A DNA stretch of 64,000 bases from an uncultured Candidatus Thioglobus sp. GTDB taxonomy: Bacteria > Pseudomonadota > Gammaproteobacteria > PS1 > Pseudothioglobaceae. Shown in pieces: positions 47,502 through 57,712 of the stretch. The stretch's first letter is position 1. Each line of letters begins with the position of its first letter. Location: assembly GCA_900180385.1 (NCBI GenBank), contig FXLX01000004.1, forward strand, positions 2,166-66,165, written 5' to 3'. A model generated the notes under the pieces. That model saw only the letters and a program-made list of their open reading frames with translations, made no database searches and was not told the DNA's origin. The position numbers and the translations under genes were made by a program.

Positions 47502-48170
47502 ATGTTGAAATTTATCGAAAATAATTTTTTTCTAATTGTACGACGCATTGGCCTGTTGTTTGCACTACTGTCGTTAGCCTTGATTGTTTTTTTAGGTGTG
47601 TTTGGTTATGAAAAAATATCCAGCAGAGCGACTGATCAAATCAATACCCCAGTGATTGAGTTGGCTAAATATCAAAATCCTATTAGTTTAAGCTTACAGA
47701 GTAATTTTAATCAGCCAGAATTAGCGATTGAATCTCAGTCAGTTTTTAGTAAAGAATTTGATCAGCAAGTTGAGCATATCATGACTAATTTACAATCATT
47801 GCCTAAAGGGGTAATTGATCAATCTGACCTTCAATTTAAAATTAAGGTGATGATTAAAATCAAGGCCAGTAATTATTCACAAGCACTTAAGTTGAGTTAT
47901 GTTGAGTCACTAGCAACACTGACTAGGCAGTTGGTTAATGTGGGCGGCGACCAAGTAAATATTGATGATTTTCTACATTGGCATGATCAAGAATTTGCCC
48001 AACAGGTAGATCATCAAGCGCAGCAAAATTTAATGAAAATGGGTTCTGCTAGGGTAGATCAAATGACAGGCTTTATTTCTTTATTAATGGCTGCTGTGGC
48101 ACTTGGATTTTTCATCATGTTTGTGATGATGCTGGCCATGCTTCGTATTGAAAAAAATACACGCAAATAA
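47502..48170 (+). CDS. Hypothetical membrane protein (N- and C-terminal TM)
   Basis: 222-aa ORF, AAGGA RBS, two hydrophobic segments. Confidence 0.7.
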   Translation: MLKFIENNFFLIVRRIGLLFALLSLALIVFLGVFGYEKISSRATDQINTPVIELAKYQNPISLSLQSNFNQPELAIESQSVFSKEFDQQVEHIMTNLQSLPKGVIDQSDLQFKIKVMIKIKASNYSQALKLSYVESLATLTRQLVNVGGDQVNIDDFLHWHDQEFAQQVDHQAQQNLMKMGSARVDQMTGFISLLMAAVALGFFIMFVMMLAMLRIEKNTRK

Positions 48171-48173
48171 TCT

Positions 48174-49160
48174 ATGAAAGCAATTGGCTATAACGGCAGT
48201 GAGTTTGTTGAGTTTGATAAGCAGATTAACACACCTCAGGGTCAAGATTTATTGGTAGAGGTTAAAGCAATTTCTATTAACCCGATTGATAGTAAAGTTA
48301 AACAAACGGTTGTTAAAGGTAGTAAAGCTAAAATTTTAGGCTTTGATTGTGCCGGCATTGTGCAAGCTGTTGGTGACAAGGTAAATTTGTTTAACGTCGA
48401 TGATGAGGTTTATTATGCGGGTGACATTAGTCGTGATGGATCCAACACTACACATCAATTAGTGGACGATCGAATTGTAGCACTCAAGCCAACAACGCTT
48501 GATTTTGCTCAGGCTGCCGCCTTGCCGCTTACTAGTATTACTGCTTGGGAATCGTTATTTGATCGGTTGAAAATCACTTTAAAAGATAAGGAAAAAACTT
48601 TATTATTGATTGGTGCAGCAGGTGGTGTGGGTTCAATGGCGATTCAGCTTGCCAAGCAAATAATTGGTATGAATGTTATTACTACAGCTTCACGGCCAGA
48701 ATCAAAAAGATGGTGTGAAGAATTGGGCGCTGATGTTGTACTAAAGCATCAAAATCTAGCTGAGCAATTCAAACAGCAGTCATTGATAAATCCAGACTAT
48801 ATTTTATGCATGGGTGTGCCTGATGATTACTTCAAAGATATGCTTGAAGTAATCTAGCCTCAAGGTAGTATTTGCTTGCTAACCAATACGTAAGAAGCTT
48901 ATGATCTTAATTTACTTAAGACTAAAAGCATCACCTTAGTTTGGGAGATGATGTTCACACGCTCTATGTTTGAAACAGAAGACATGATTGCACAACATCA
49001 GCTATTAGACGAAGTTACGCTACTGATTGATCAAAAACGCATCATCTCAATAATGAAGCAACAACTTAAGCCAATTACATTAAAAACCATCACCCAATCA
49101 CATCAACTAATTGAACAAGGTAATGCGATTGGAAAAATAGTTATTAGCAATGCTTGGTAG
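48174..49160 (+). pseudogene. Zinc-binding alcohol dehydrogenase/quinone-reductase-like (MDR) protein with two internal stops
   Basis: INPIDSK, GAAGGVGS and WEMMFTRS in one frame; TAG 48855-57 and TAA 48891-93. Confidence 0.88.
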
Positions 49161-49269
49161 CTAGCAGTAGCCACTAAGTATTCAAAGTAATAGTGCTACG
49201 AATTATATTAGAACAGACCGATATAGTAAAATGAAATATTCAGATGGTATTAATCGATAAAATAGATTG

Positions 49270-49749
49270 TTATTCAATAATTAACAATGGCTTTGGTGAA
49301 AAATGATTGGTAGCATTTCTTGAATTAGGTATTGTTTTAATGGTTCCTGAAATTGGTGAAGTGATACGGTACTTTTCTAGCTCGATTTTCTGAATTTGTA
49401 TGGTTAAGTTATGCGCATCAAGTTCACGTTTTTTCTCATCAAAAGTGATTTTGGCAATATCCACATCACGATGAGAGGCCACCATGCGATCGTATAGTTC
49501 TTGCGTTTGGTTGAATTCACGCTCGGCATCATCAAAAGCTTGTTGTTTAATTTTTTGGATTACTTGCAAATGTTGTAGTTTGAGTGTGGCCTGTCTATTA
49601 TCAAGCTTAACCAGAATATCACCAGGTTTTACAGCTTCACCAACTGCTTTTATCTCAATAATATTGGCACTTACTTGAGGGTAAATATCTAACGCTAAAA
49701 CTGTGCTTGATAGCAATATCCCAGCAGTTAAATAATGGTTAAATTTCAT
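49270..49749 (-). CDS. Short membrane-fusion (HlyD-like) protein: lipoyl halves plus alpha-hairpin
   Basis: VKPGDILVKLD...coiled coil...ITSPISGTI; signal-like N-terminus from ATG 49749. Confidence 0.75.
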   Translation of the reverse strand: MKFNHYLTAGILLSSTVLALDIYPQVSANIIEIKAVGEAVKPGDILVKLDNRQATLKLQHLQVIQKIKQQAFDDAEREFNQTQELYDRMVASHRDVDIAKITFDEKKRELDAHNLTIQIQKIELEKYRITSPISGTIKTIPNSRNATNHFSPKPLLIIE

Positions 49750-50987
49750 AATTTTTTCCAATGAGGTGATGCAATTGTTTAAGGGTGATAACGTAGTTAA
49801 ATTCATTTTCAGCTAGTTTTCGTTCGCTGTCGGTGATGTTAACCATGGCATGGCCAATATCGCTTTTAATTTCCATTTCATAATTGGCACGCGCTTTTTC
49901 TAAATAAAGGTCTCGGTAGTCAAGCTCAATCAGTAGCGCTTTATGAATTTGTCTTAATGATTTAAGCGCTAAATAATAATCAAGTGCTGTTGCTTCTATT
50001 GTTTGCTGATATTGCTCAATTTCAAGTTGTTTTTGTCTGGCGTTAAGTTGTAGTTTTGAAATTTTATTAGTTTGCTTGGTATCTGTTCCAAAAGGCATAG
50101 AGAGGTTTAGACCTACACGCCAATGTCCATTTTTTTCACGCTGATAAGCTTGATCACCTAATCTGGCATTCGAACTCAATACAATACCTAGGTTGTCTTT
50201 TTCTTGTGAAATTTGAGCTTTAATGGCCATTAGGGATTGTTGCAGTTGTTTGAGTTTTAGGTTGTTATTAAGCGCTTGTTGGTAGTGCTCGAATTCAAAA
50301 ATTTCTTTTTTGAAAAGTTGACGATAATCGGGTTTAACCACATTATCAGGGCGATTAGCATAATCGATGTCGAGCAGTTGAGCGAGTTTTGCACGTGTTT
50401 TAATTTGTGCAGATTCAGCCTTAATTCGTTCAATTTGACTGACCTGAGTATGGGTTTGTTTTTCTAATAATTCCACTTCTGATGCATCTTTCACATCATA
50501 ATCATCTTTAACGTGACCTTCTCGAATAGCGGCCATGGCTAGTTTTTCTAAGGCAGTTTCATAAGTCATATCAGCCAACACGACATCAAAAAAACCACGC
50601 ATAATATCAAGCGTTTTGTCGTGCTGTATTTGTTCTAGGGTTGAGATAGCGTTGGCAATATTACTTAGTTGTGCAGACTTATTGATTTCAATTTGTTGGT
50701 CAAATAGGGTTTTTTTCAAATAAACAAATGCATGGGAATTATTGCTAGCTGCGCTATAGTTGCTACGACTAGCAAGCTCAAGGTCAAGAGTTGCTTCAGT
50801 ACCATAAAGATTATTTAAATCATTCAATTGTAGCTGGGTATGATTAATATTAAGTTGCTGCTGCTGTTGAAATAGATTTTTTTTTGGCAGAAATCTTAAT
50901 AGCCTGATCTAATTTAAGCGGATTTGGCAATGCTTGTACCCAAGTTGCACTGAGGACTAACATTAACAGAGATATGGTTTTTTTCAT
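49739..50987 (-). pseudogene. TolC-family outer membrane protein, frameshifted after the signal peptide
   Basis: ATG 50987 gives signal peptide MKKTISLLMLVLSATWVQA; A9 (plus-strand T9 50877-85) shifts the frame, and A8 would join it to the 362-aa OEP-like ORF. Confidence 0.8.
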
Positions 50988-51478
50988 CGATGTTTGCGCT
51001 TATAGCGAACAAAGTTTTCATCTAAGTAGGCTTTTTCCACCATGTATTTTCCCAGTAGTAAAAACTCTTCTTTGTTGGCAAAACCCGTACGCCTAACCAC
51101 GCGTTTACCGTTTAGATCAAAAAAAGCCAATACTGGCGTAGCACCAATTCTATTATGGCGTTTGGCAAATACTCGCTCAACAGTATCATTACCTTCAAAA
51201 TCCACCAATTCCAAATCAGATTCGGTATTCACTTTGTAGTTTAAAAAATGAGTTTTAAAATAGCTAGTTACCGAATCTTGATTCAGCACTTGACGTTCCA
51301 TTTTTTGACAAAAGGGGCAGTCATCCATAAAAAAGAAAACAAAAATACCCTCTTTGCCAGCCTCGTTGGCATCATCTAAATTTTCTGAATAATCATTAAA
51401 ATGTTGATTAAATAAAGCCTCTGAAGCATGAACAGGACTTAATAACATTAATAGACTGAGAATGAAAAAAACTCTCAT
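50984..51478 (-). CDS. Periplasmic thioredoxin-fold protein (SoxW-like)
   Basis: Signal peptide, CPFC, ATPV cis-Pro; stop overlaps the tolC ATG (ATGA). Confidence 0.82.
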   Translation of the reverse strand: MRVFFILSLLMLLSPVHASEALFNQHFNDYSENLDDANEAGKEGIFVFFFMDDCPFCQKMERQVLNQDSVTSYFKTHFLNYKVNTESDLELVDFEGNDTVERVFAKRHNRIGATPVLAFFDLNGKRVVRRTGFANKEEFLLLGKYMVEKAYLDENFVRYKRKHR

Positions 51479-51581
51479 ATGATTTACTCCTCAAGTAATT
51501 ATGACATTTTTTGCCACATGAAATCACAATCATAGCAGGTATTTTAATTGTAAGCAACTGCGCCTTTTACTCAACTATTGG

Positions 51582-52526
51582 CTAGTCAAATAAGGCATCG
51601 ACAAATTCTTTTGTATTAAACAGCTTAAGGTCATCAATACCTTCGCCAATACCAATAAATCGAATCGGTAAATTAAGCTCATCAGAGATGGCAAACAACA
51701 CACCGCCTTTGGCTGTACCGTCAAGTTTGGTAATACTTAAGCCGCTTAACTCGACCGCTTTATTAAACTCCTTGGCTTGATTAACCGCATTTTGGCCAGC
51801 GCCACCATCAATCACCAGCATCACCTCGTGTGGAGCGGCTTCGTTTTGCTTGGTAATGACACGCTTAATTTTTTCTAATTCTTGCATTAGATTACCCTGA
51901 GTATGCAACCGACCTGCGGTATCAGCAATTAAGATGTCAATATTTTTAGCTTGTGCCGACTGATATGCATCAAAAATAACACTGGCTGAATCTGCACCCG
52001 TTGATTGAGCAACCACGGTAATATCATTGCGCTCGCCCCATACTTTAAGCTGCTCAACAGCTGCCGCCCTAAAGGTGTCACCCGCTGCCAACATAACCGA
52101 TTTTCCCTCAGCCTGAAAACGCTTAGCGAGCTTACCAATGGTGGTAGTCTTACCAGCACCATTGACACCAACCACTAAGATAACAAAAGTTTCATTAATG
52201 TCAGTATTAAGTTGATTGTCATCAATCAGCAGTTTGGCTAACTCAAATTTTAAAAATTCATAAACACCGTCAGAGTCTTTTAAAATTTTACGGCTGGCAT
52301 TTTTTCGCACTGATTCCAATACTTTATCTGTGGTATTGATGCCGATATCTGCGGTGATTAACAACATCTCTAATTCATCAAGTAAGTCATCATTAATGGC
52401 TTTTTTACCTAATAATAAAGAGGCCAACCCTGAGCCGAGTTTTTTTCGTGATTTGAATAAACGCTCTTTGAGAGATTGAGGTTTTTCTACTTTAGTAGAT
52501 TTGTCTTTTTTAAAAAAACTAAACAA
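51582..52526 (-). CDS. ftsY: SRP receptor FtsY
   Basis: GVNGAGKTTT, DTFRAAA, DTAGR, TKLDGTAKGG. Confidence 0.97.
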   Translation of the reverse strand: MFSFFKKDKSTKVEKPQSLKERLFKSRKKLGSGLASLLLGKKAINDDLLDELEMLLITADIGINTTDKVLESVRKNASRKILKDSDGVYEFLKFELAKLLIDDNQLNTDINETFVILVVGVNGAGKTTTIGKLAKRFQAEGKSVMLAAGDTFRAAAVEQLKVWGERNDITVVAQSTGADSASVIFDAYQSAQAKNIDILIADTAGRLHTQGNLMQELEKIKRVITKQNEAAPHEVMLVIDGGAGQNAVNQAKEFNKAVELSGLSITKLDGTAKGGVLFAISDELNLPIRFIGIGEGIDDLKLFNTKEFVDALFD

Positions 52527-52551
52527 GGCTTCTCGCTATAATGATTGAACT

Positions 52552-53889
52552 ATGAAGATACTAATTTTACTAGCCTTTTTTTTAAGCGCCCAAGCAATTT
52601 CAAATTCTAACACTACCGTTATAGGTCTTGCCTATGAAGGAATTACTCAAGCAAGTTTGAAAAATGGGCTAAAAATTATCGTCAAAGTTGATAGCAGGGC
52701 ACCAGTATTTATCTCTCAGCTTTGGTATAAAGTGGGCGCTAGTAATGAATCTAGGCCTAATACGGGTATTTCTCATATGCTTGAACATATGATGTTTAAA
52801 GGTACACGCCAATATCCAGTGGGTGAATTTTCACGCATTATTGCTAAAAATGGTGGTGATGATAATGCTTTTACCTCTAAAGACTATACGGCTTATTATC
52901 AAAAAATGCACAATTCAAAATTAGAATTAGCCATTAAGATGGAAGCTGATCGAATGCGTAACCTTACTTTTTCTAGTCGTGAGCTGGAAAAAGAAAGGCA
53001 GGTGGTTATCGAAGAAAGACGACTACGCGTTGAGGATAGTCCTAATGCGAAAGTATTTGAACAATTACGTATTATTTCTTATGATAAATCTGGCGCTTAT
53101 CATGCACCTGTGATTGGTTTTCAGGCTGATATTGAGACTTATCGATTGAGTGATTTGAGGCGTTGGTATGAAAAATACTACGCACCTAATAATACTACTT
53201 TAGTGGTGGTGGGTGATGTTGATCCAAAGCAAGTGATTGGTTATGCGCAGCAATATTTTTCAAGTTATGCGTTTAATTCAAATATTGATACGCTTAAAAA
53301 TAAGCCGCCTATTGCACTAATAAAACAAAGTAAACAACTTAAACTAAAAGCCAAGTTGCCGTTATATACCATGGCATTTCACGTGCCAAGCTTGGTCAGT
53401 GCAAAAGATAAATCACAGGCTTATCAGTTAGAGATGTTGGCTTACGTACTGGATAACAACCTGTCAAAAACCTTAACTCGAGATCGTCAAATAACTTCAA
53501 GTATCAGCGTAAGCTATCGACTATACGATAAATACCAAACCCAATTTAATATTAGTTTTATTGCCGCCCAAGGGATTGAAAACAACACAATTATTAATAC
53601 CATTAAACAACAAGTGGCAGAGTTGATTAAACACCCTGAACTTTTAAAAGATGAGGTTAGGCGCACTAAGGCGCAACTGGAGGCAAATTTTGTTTTTGAG
53701 CAAGATCAAATCTCTACTCAATCCTACTACTTAGGCATGCTGGAAACAGTTGGACTTGGTATTGATAAAATGTTTACATATGTCGACAAAATGAACGAAG
53801 TAACCGATAAAGATTTATCAAATGTCGCCAACATGTATTTAAATTTTGACAACGTAAATACGGTAGAGTTACTACCTCAAGGATTTTAA
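52552..53889 (+). CDS. M16 family zinc peptidase, catalytic subunit
   Basis: Inverted zinc motif HMLEH, NAFTSKDYT. Confidence 0.92.
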   Translation: MKILILLAFFLSAQAISNSNTTVIGLAYEGITQASLKNGLKIIVKVDSRAPVFISQLWYKVGASNESRPNTGISHMLEHMMFKGTRQYPVGEFSRIIAKNGGDDNAFTSKDYTAYYQKMHNSKLELAIKMEADRMRNLTFSSRELEKERQVVIEERRLRVEDSPNAKVFEQLRIISYDKSGAYHAPVIGFQADIETYRLSDLRRWYEKYYAPNNTTLVVVGDVDPKQVIGYAQQYFSSYAFNSNIDTLKNKPPIALIKQSKQLKLKAKLPLYTMAFHVPSLVSAKDKSQAYQLEMLAYVLDNNLSKTLTRDRQITSSISVSYRLYDKYQTQFNISFIAAQGIENNTIINTIKQQVAELIKHPELLKDEVRRTKAQLEANFVFEQDQISTQSYYLGMLETVGLGIDKMFTYVDKMNEVTDKDLSNVANMYLNFDNVNTVELLPQGF

Positions 53890-55178
53890 TGAAATTATTA
53901 ATTGTATTGATATCGCTAATTGGTAGTGCGCAAGCTGAGCTTGATATTTCTCAGTGGTATACGCCTGAAGGTGCCAAGGTGTTGTTCACCCAAACTAAAG
54001 GTTTACCCATGCTTGATATTTCAGCTGTGTTTGATGCAGCCAGTAGCCGTGATGGCGAGCAATTTGGTCTTGCATCACTAACCAGTGGCTTAATTGGCAC
54101 AGCAACTCAAAGCATGACTGAAGAGCAAATTATCAATCAGTTTGAATCTTTAGGTACTGAATTTTCAACAACGAGTTTAAAAGACATGGCAATTATCTCA
54201 ATGCGTAGCTTAACGAGAGATTCAGTCTTGAGACAATCGTTATCACTTTTTAGTGAAGTAATAGCTAAAGTAGATTTTCAACAGGCGTATTTAAGTCGCG
54301 AAAAGAAGCAAATTTATCAAGCCATTGAATCAGCTAAGCAAAGCCCTGGGCGAGTAGCCAGTTTAAAATTTAATCAACTGGTGTTTGCTGGTCATGCTTA
54401 TGCTCACTCAAAAATTGGCACTAAGGATAGTATCAAAGATATTCAGTTGGCCGATTTACAAAATTTTTACCATCAATATTATGTGGCAAAAAACCTAACC
54501 ATTGCTTTGGTGGGTGATATTAGCAAAACCAAGGCCAAGCAAATTGCACGCCAAATTTCTCATGGGCTCAATATGGGCAAAAAAGCACCTAAAAATCCGT
54601 TGGTTAAAAAACTGCAAAACTCACACAATATTCACATTGAGTTTCCCTCTAAGCAAACCCATTTGTTGATTGGACAAACTGGGATTAATCGCCATCATGC
54701 TGATTATTACGCACTATATTTGGGTAATCATATTTTGGGTGGCAGTGGTTTAAGCTCTATATTGAGCAATGAAGTGCGTGAGAAAAAAGGCTTGGCTTAT
54801 TCGGTGGTGAGTTATTTTAGCAAGATGAAATCAAATGGATTATTCCTAATCAAACTACAAACCAAAAATTCACAAGCAAATGAAGCCAAAACAATCGCTT
54901 TAGAAACGTTGAAAAATTTCAGAAATAATGCGATTGATGCGCAAAAACTCCAAGATGGCAAGGATAATATCATTGGTGGTTTTGCATTAGAGGTTGCAAG
55001 TAATGCGAATATTCTTACTTATCTATCCATTATTGGATTTTATGACCTATCTTTGGACTTTTTAGCCACTTTTATCGACAAAATAAAGCCAATTAGCATA
55101 CAAGACATCCAAAAAGCTTACGCACGACTGATTGATATGGATAAACTCGTTGTTTTGACCGTTGGTGCTACAAAATAG
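53889..55178 (+). CDS. M16 family peptidase, non-catalytic partner
   Basis: Insulinase fold without HxxEH; EVREKKGLAYSV motif. Confidence 0.88.
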   Translation: MKLLIVLISLIGSAQAELDISQWYTPEGAKVLFTQTKGLPMLDISAVFDAASSRDGEQFGLASLTSGLIGTATQSMTEEQIINQFESLGTEFSTTSLKDMAIISMRSLTRDSVLRQSLSLFSEVIAKVDFQQAYLSREKKQIYQAIESAKQSPGRVASLKFNQLVFAGHAYAHSKIGTKDSIKDIQLADLQNFYHQYYVAKNLTIALVGDISKTKAKQIARQISHGLNMGKKAPKNPLVKKLQNSHNIHIEFPSKQTHLLIGQTGINRHHADYYALYLGNHILGGSGLSSILSNEVREKKGLAYSVVSYFSKMKSNGLFLIKLQTKNSQANEAKTIALETLKNFRNNAIDAQKLQDGKDNIIGGFALEVASNANILTYLSIIGFYDLSLDFLATFIDKIKPISIQDIQKAYARLIDMDKLVVLTVGATK

Positions 55179-55274
55179 CCCATTTTCATTATTTCCGAAA
55201 TTTTACAAATTTCTGTATTTACATGTTGGTTAAAATAAGGCGCAATTGTTACCACCATTAATTCAGTAAATAAT

Positions 55275-56723
55275 ATGTTTGAACAAACCTTTAAAAATAT
55301 TGACGACATTCTGCATAAAGATGCGGGTTGTGGCAGTGAGCTAGACTACGTAGAGCAAACCTCTTGGGTATTGTTTTTAAAATATTTAGATGATCTAGAG
55401 CAAGACAAGCAAACCGCTGCCGAACTTATTGGCAAAGACTATACACCTATTATTGCCAGCAAATTCCAATGGACAACTTGGGCAGCGCCAAAGCTGGATA
55501 ATGGCGATATTGATTACAACGCTTTAACAGGCGATGATCTACTAGATTTTGTAAATAATGAGCTGTTCCCATACCTCGAAAAATTTCAAGTTGATGCGAC
55601 CAGTGCCAACACCATTGAATACAAAATTGGTGAAATTTTCTCAGAGCTAAAAAATCGTATTCAAAGTGGTTACAACTTGCGTGAAGTGCTAATGTTGATT
55701 GATAATCTACGTTTTAGAACGCACAAAGAAAAGCACGAAATGAGCCACCTATATGAAAGCAAAATTAAAAATATGGGCAATGCTGGGCGCAATGGTGGTG
55801 AATACTATACGCCGCGTCCACTAATCAGAACCATTGTTAAAGTGCTTGCACCCAAAATAGGGCAAAGTATTTACGATGGTGCAGTTGGCTCGGCAGGTTT
55901 CTTGGTTGAAGCCTTTGATTATCTTAATCAGCCTAACTTATCTACCGAAGATACTACCATTCTACAAAAAAATACTTTCTACGGCAAAGAGAAAAAATCT
56001 CTCGCTTACATCATTGGCATTATGAATATGATTTTGCATGGGGTAGAAGCACCCAATATTATTCATACCAATACACTGGCTGAAAGCCTTACTGACATTC
56101 AAGAAAAAGACCGCTACAACGTAGTTTTGGCAAACCCACCATTTGGCGGCAAAGAGCGAGCAGAAGTACAACAAAACTTCCAGATTAAAACGGGTGAAAC
56201 GGCTTTTCTATTTTTACAACACTTTATTAAAATCCTTAAAGTCGGTGGCAGAGCGGGCATCGTTATTAAAAATACTTTTCTTAGTAATACTGATAACGCC
56301 TTCGTTGCACTACGCAAAGAGCTATTAAGCAGTTGTAATTTGCACACCGTGTTAGATTTACCAGGTGGTACATTCACAGGTGCAGGGGTAAAAACCATTG
56401 TGCTGTTTTTTGACAAAGGCACAGAAACAAAAAAGACTTGGTTTTATCAGCTCAATCTCAATAGAAATCTGGGCAAAACCAATCCACTTAATGAAAAAGA
56501 TTTGGTAGATTTTGTAACCCTACAAAAAACCTACGCGATAAGTGAAAATTCTTGGTCTATTAACATTAAAGATATTGATCAAGCCACTTTTGATTTATCT
56601 GTCAAAAACCCTAATACACTAAAAGAAGCGCCGTTAAGATCTCCACAAGAAATCCTAGCTGAAATGGAAGCACTAGATGTTGAAACTAAAAATATCTTGG
56701 CCAGTATTAAAAAGCTATTATGA
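55275..56723 (+). CDS. hsdM: Type I R-M m6A methyltransferase
   Basis: GEYYTPR, YDGAVGSAGF, NPPF. Confidence 0.95.
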   Translation: MFEQTFKNIDDILHKDAGCGSELDYVEQTSWVLFLKYLDDLEQDKQTAAELIGKDYTPIIASKFQWTTWAAPKLDNGDIDYNALTGDDLLDFVNNELFPYLEKFQVDATSANTIEYKIGEIFSELKNRIQSGYNLREVLMLIDNLRFRTHKEKHEMSHLYESKIKNMGNAGRNGGEYYTPRPLIRTIVKVLAPKIGQSIYDGAVGSAGFLVEAFDYLNQPNLSTEDTTILQKNTFYGKEKKSLAYIIGIMNMILHGVEAPNIIHTNTLAESLTDIQEKDRYNVVLANPPFGGKERAEVQQNFQIKTGETAFLFLQHFIKILKVGGRAGIVIKNTFLSNTDNAFVALRKELLSSCNLHTVLDLPGGTFTGAGVKTIVLFFDKGTETKKTWFYQLNLNRNLGKTNPLNEKDLVDFVTLQKTYAISENSWSINIKDIDQATFDLSVKNPNTLKEAPLRSPQEILAEMEALDVETKNILASIKKLL

Positions 56724-57712
56724 GCCAACAGCAAGACATCATTATTTATAACACAGCTGATGGCAAAGCCTCAGTTGCACTTTATGCTAAAGATGGCAAT
56801 GCTTGGATGAATCAAGCTCAGCTGGCAGAACTTTTTGACACCTCAAAACAAAACATAAGTCTACACATTGAAAATATATTAAAAGACAATGAGTTAGAGC
56901 AAAATTCAGTTGTCAAGGATTACTTGACAACTGCTGCAGATAACAAAAATTATAGGGTTGCTTTTTATTCCCTAGAGATGATTCTAGCCATCGGTTATAG
57001 AGTTAGAAGCAAAAGAGGAGTACAGTTTAGAATATGGGCAACTAATAATCTAAAAGAGTACATGGTTAAAGGCTTTTTAATGGATGACGAGCGCCTTAAA
57101 ACCCCTGATGGTAGGCCTGATTATTTTGATGAATTATTAAAAAGAATCCGTGATGTACGCGCTTCTGAAAAACGCTTCTATCAAAAAGTAAGAGATTTAC
57201 TCAGCCTTAGTAGTGATTACGACAAAAGCGATAAAGCCACACAAATGTTTTTTGCCGAAACCCAAAACAAACTGCTGTACGCCGTCACCCATAAAACAGC
57301 TGCAGAGTTAGTAATCAGTCGAGCTGATAAAGATAAATCTAATATGGCACTTACCTCTTGGCAAGGCTCTATCGTCCGCAAGCAAGATATTTTTATTGCC
57401 AAAAACTACCTAACTGAATCCGAAATAGACAGTCTTAATCGTTTAGTTGTTATCTTTTTAGAAACCGCAGAACTCAGAGTTAAAAATAGACAAGATATTA
57501 CCTTAAATTTTTGGCAAGAAAATGTTGATCGAATGCTTGAGTTTAACGACCAAAAAATACTCACTACTAAAGGAAAAATCAGTAAAAAGCAAATGCAACA
57601 GCAGGTGGGCGACACTTACGCACTTTTTAATCAAAAAAGAAAAATAGACGAAGCGCAAGCGATTGACTTAAAAGAATTGGAAGCCATTAAAAAAGTGATT
57701 GAAGATGAGTAG
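56720..57712 (+). CDS. RhuM-family (Virulence_RhuM) DNA-binding protein
   Basis: WMNQAQLAELF HTH-like start, YSLEMILAIGYRVRS, IRASEKRFY-like segment, AKNYL. Confidence 0.85.
   Translation: MSQQQDIIIYNTADGKASVALYAKDGNAWMNQAQLAELFDTSKQNISLHIENILKDNELEQNSVVKDYLTTAADNKNYRVAFYSLEMILAIGYRVRSKRGVQFRIWATNNLKEYMVKGFLMDDERLKTPDGRPDYFDELLKRIRDVRASEKRFYQKVRDLLSLSSDYDKSDKATQMFFAETQNKLLYAVTHKTAAELVISRADKDKSNMALTSWQGSIVRKQDIFIAKNYLTESEIDSLNRLVVIFLETAELRVKNRQDITLNFWQENVDRMLEFNDQKILTTKGKISKKQMQQQVGDTYALFNQKRKIDEAQAIDLKELEAIKKVIEDE

Noticed and set aside
48855-48893. Genetic-code reassignment or Sec/Pyl readthrough in the ADH gene
   Set aside because: TAA and TAG end many genuine genes here, the two stops differ and there is no TGA/SECIS context
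50855-50870. CAG triplet run (poly-Gln) in tolC
   Set aside because: Too short to be a meaningful repeat
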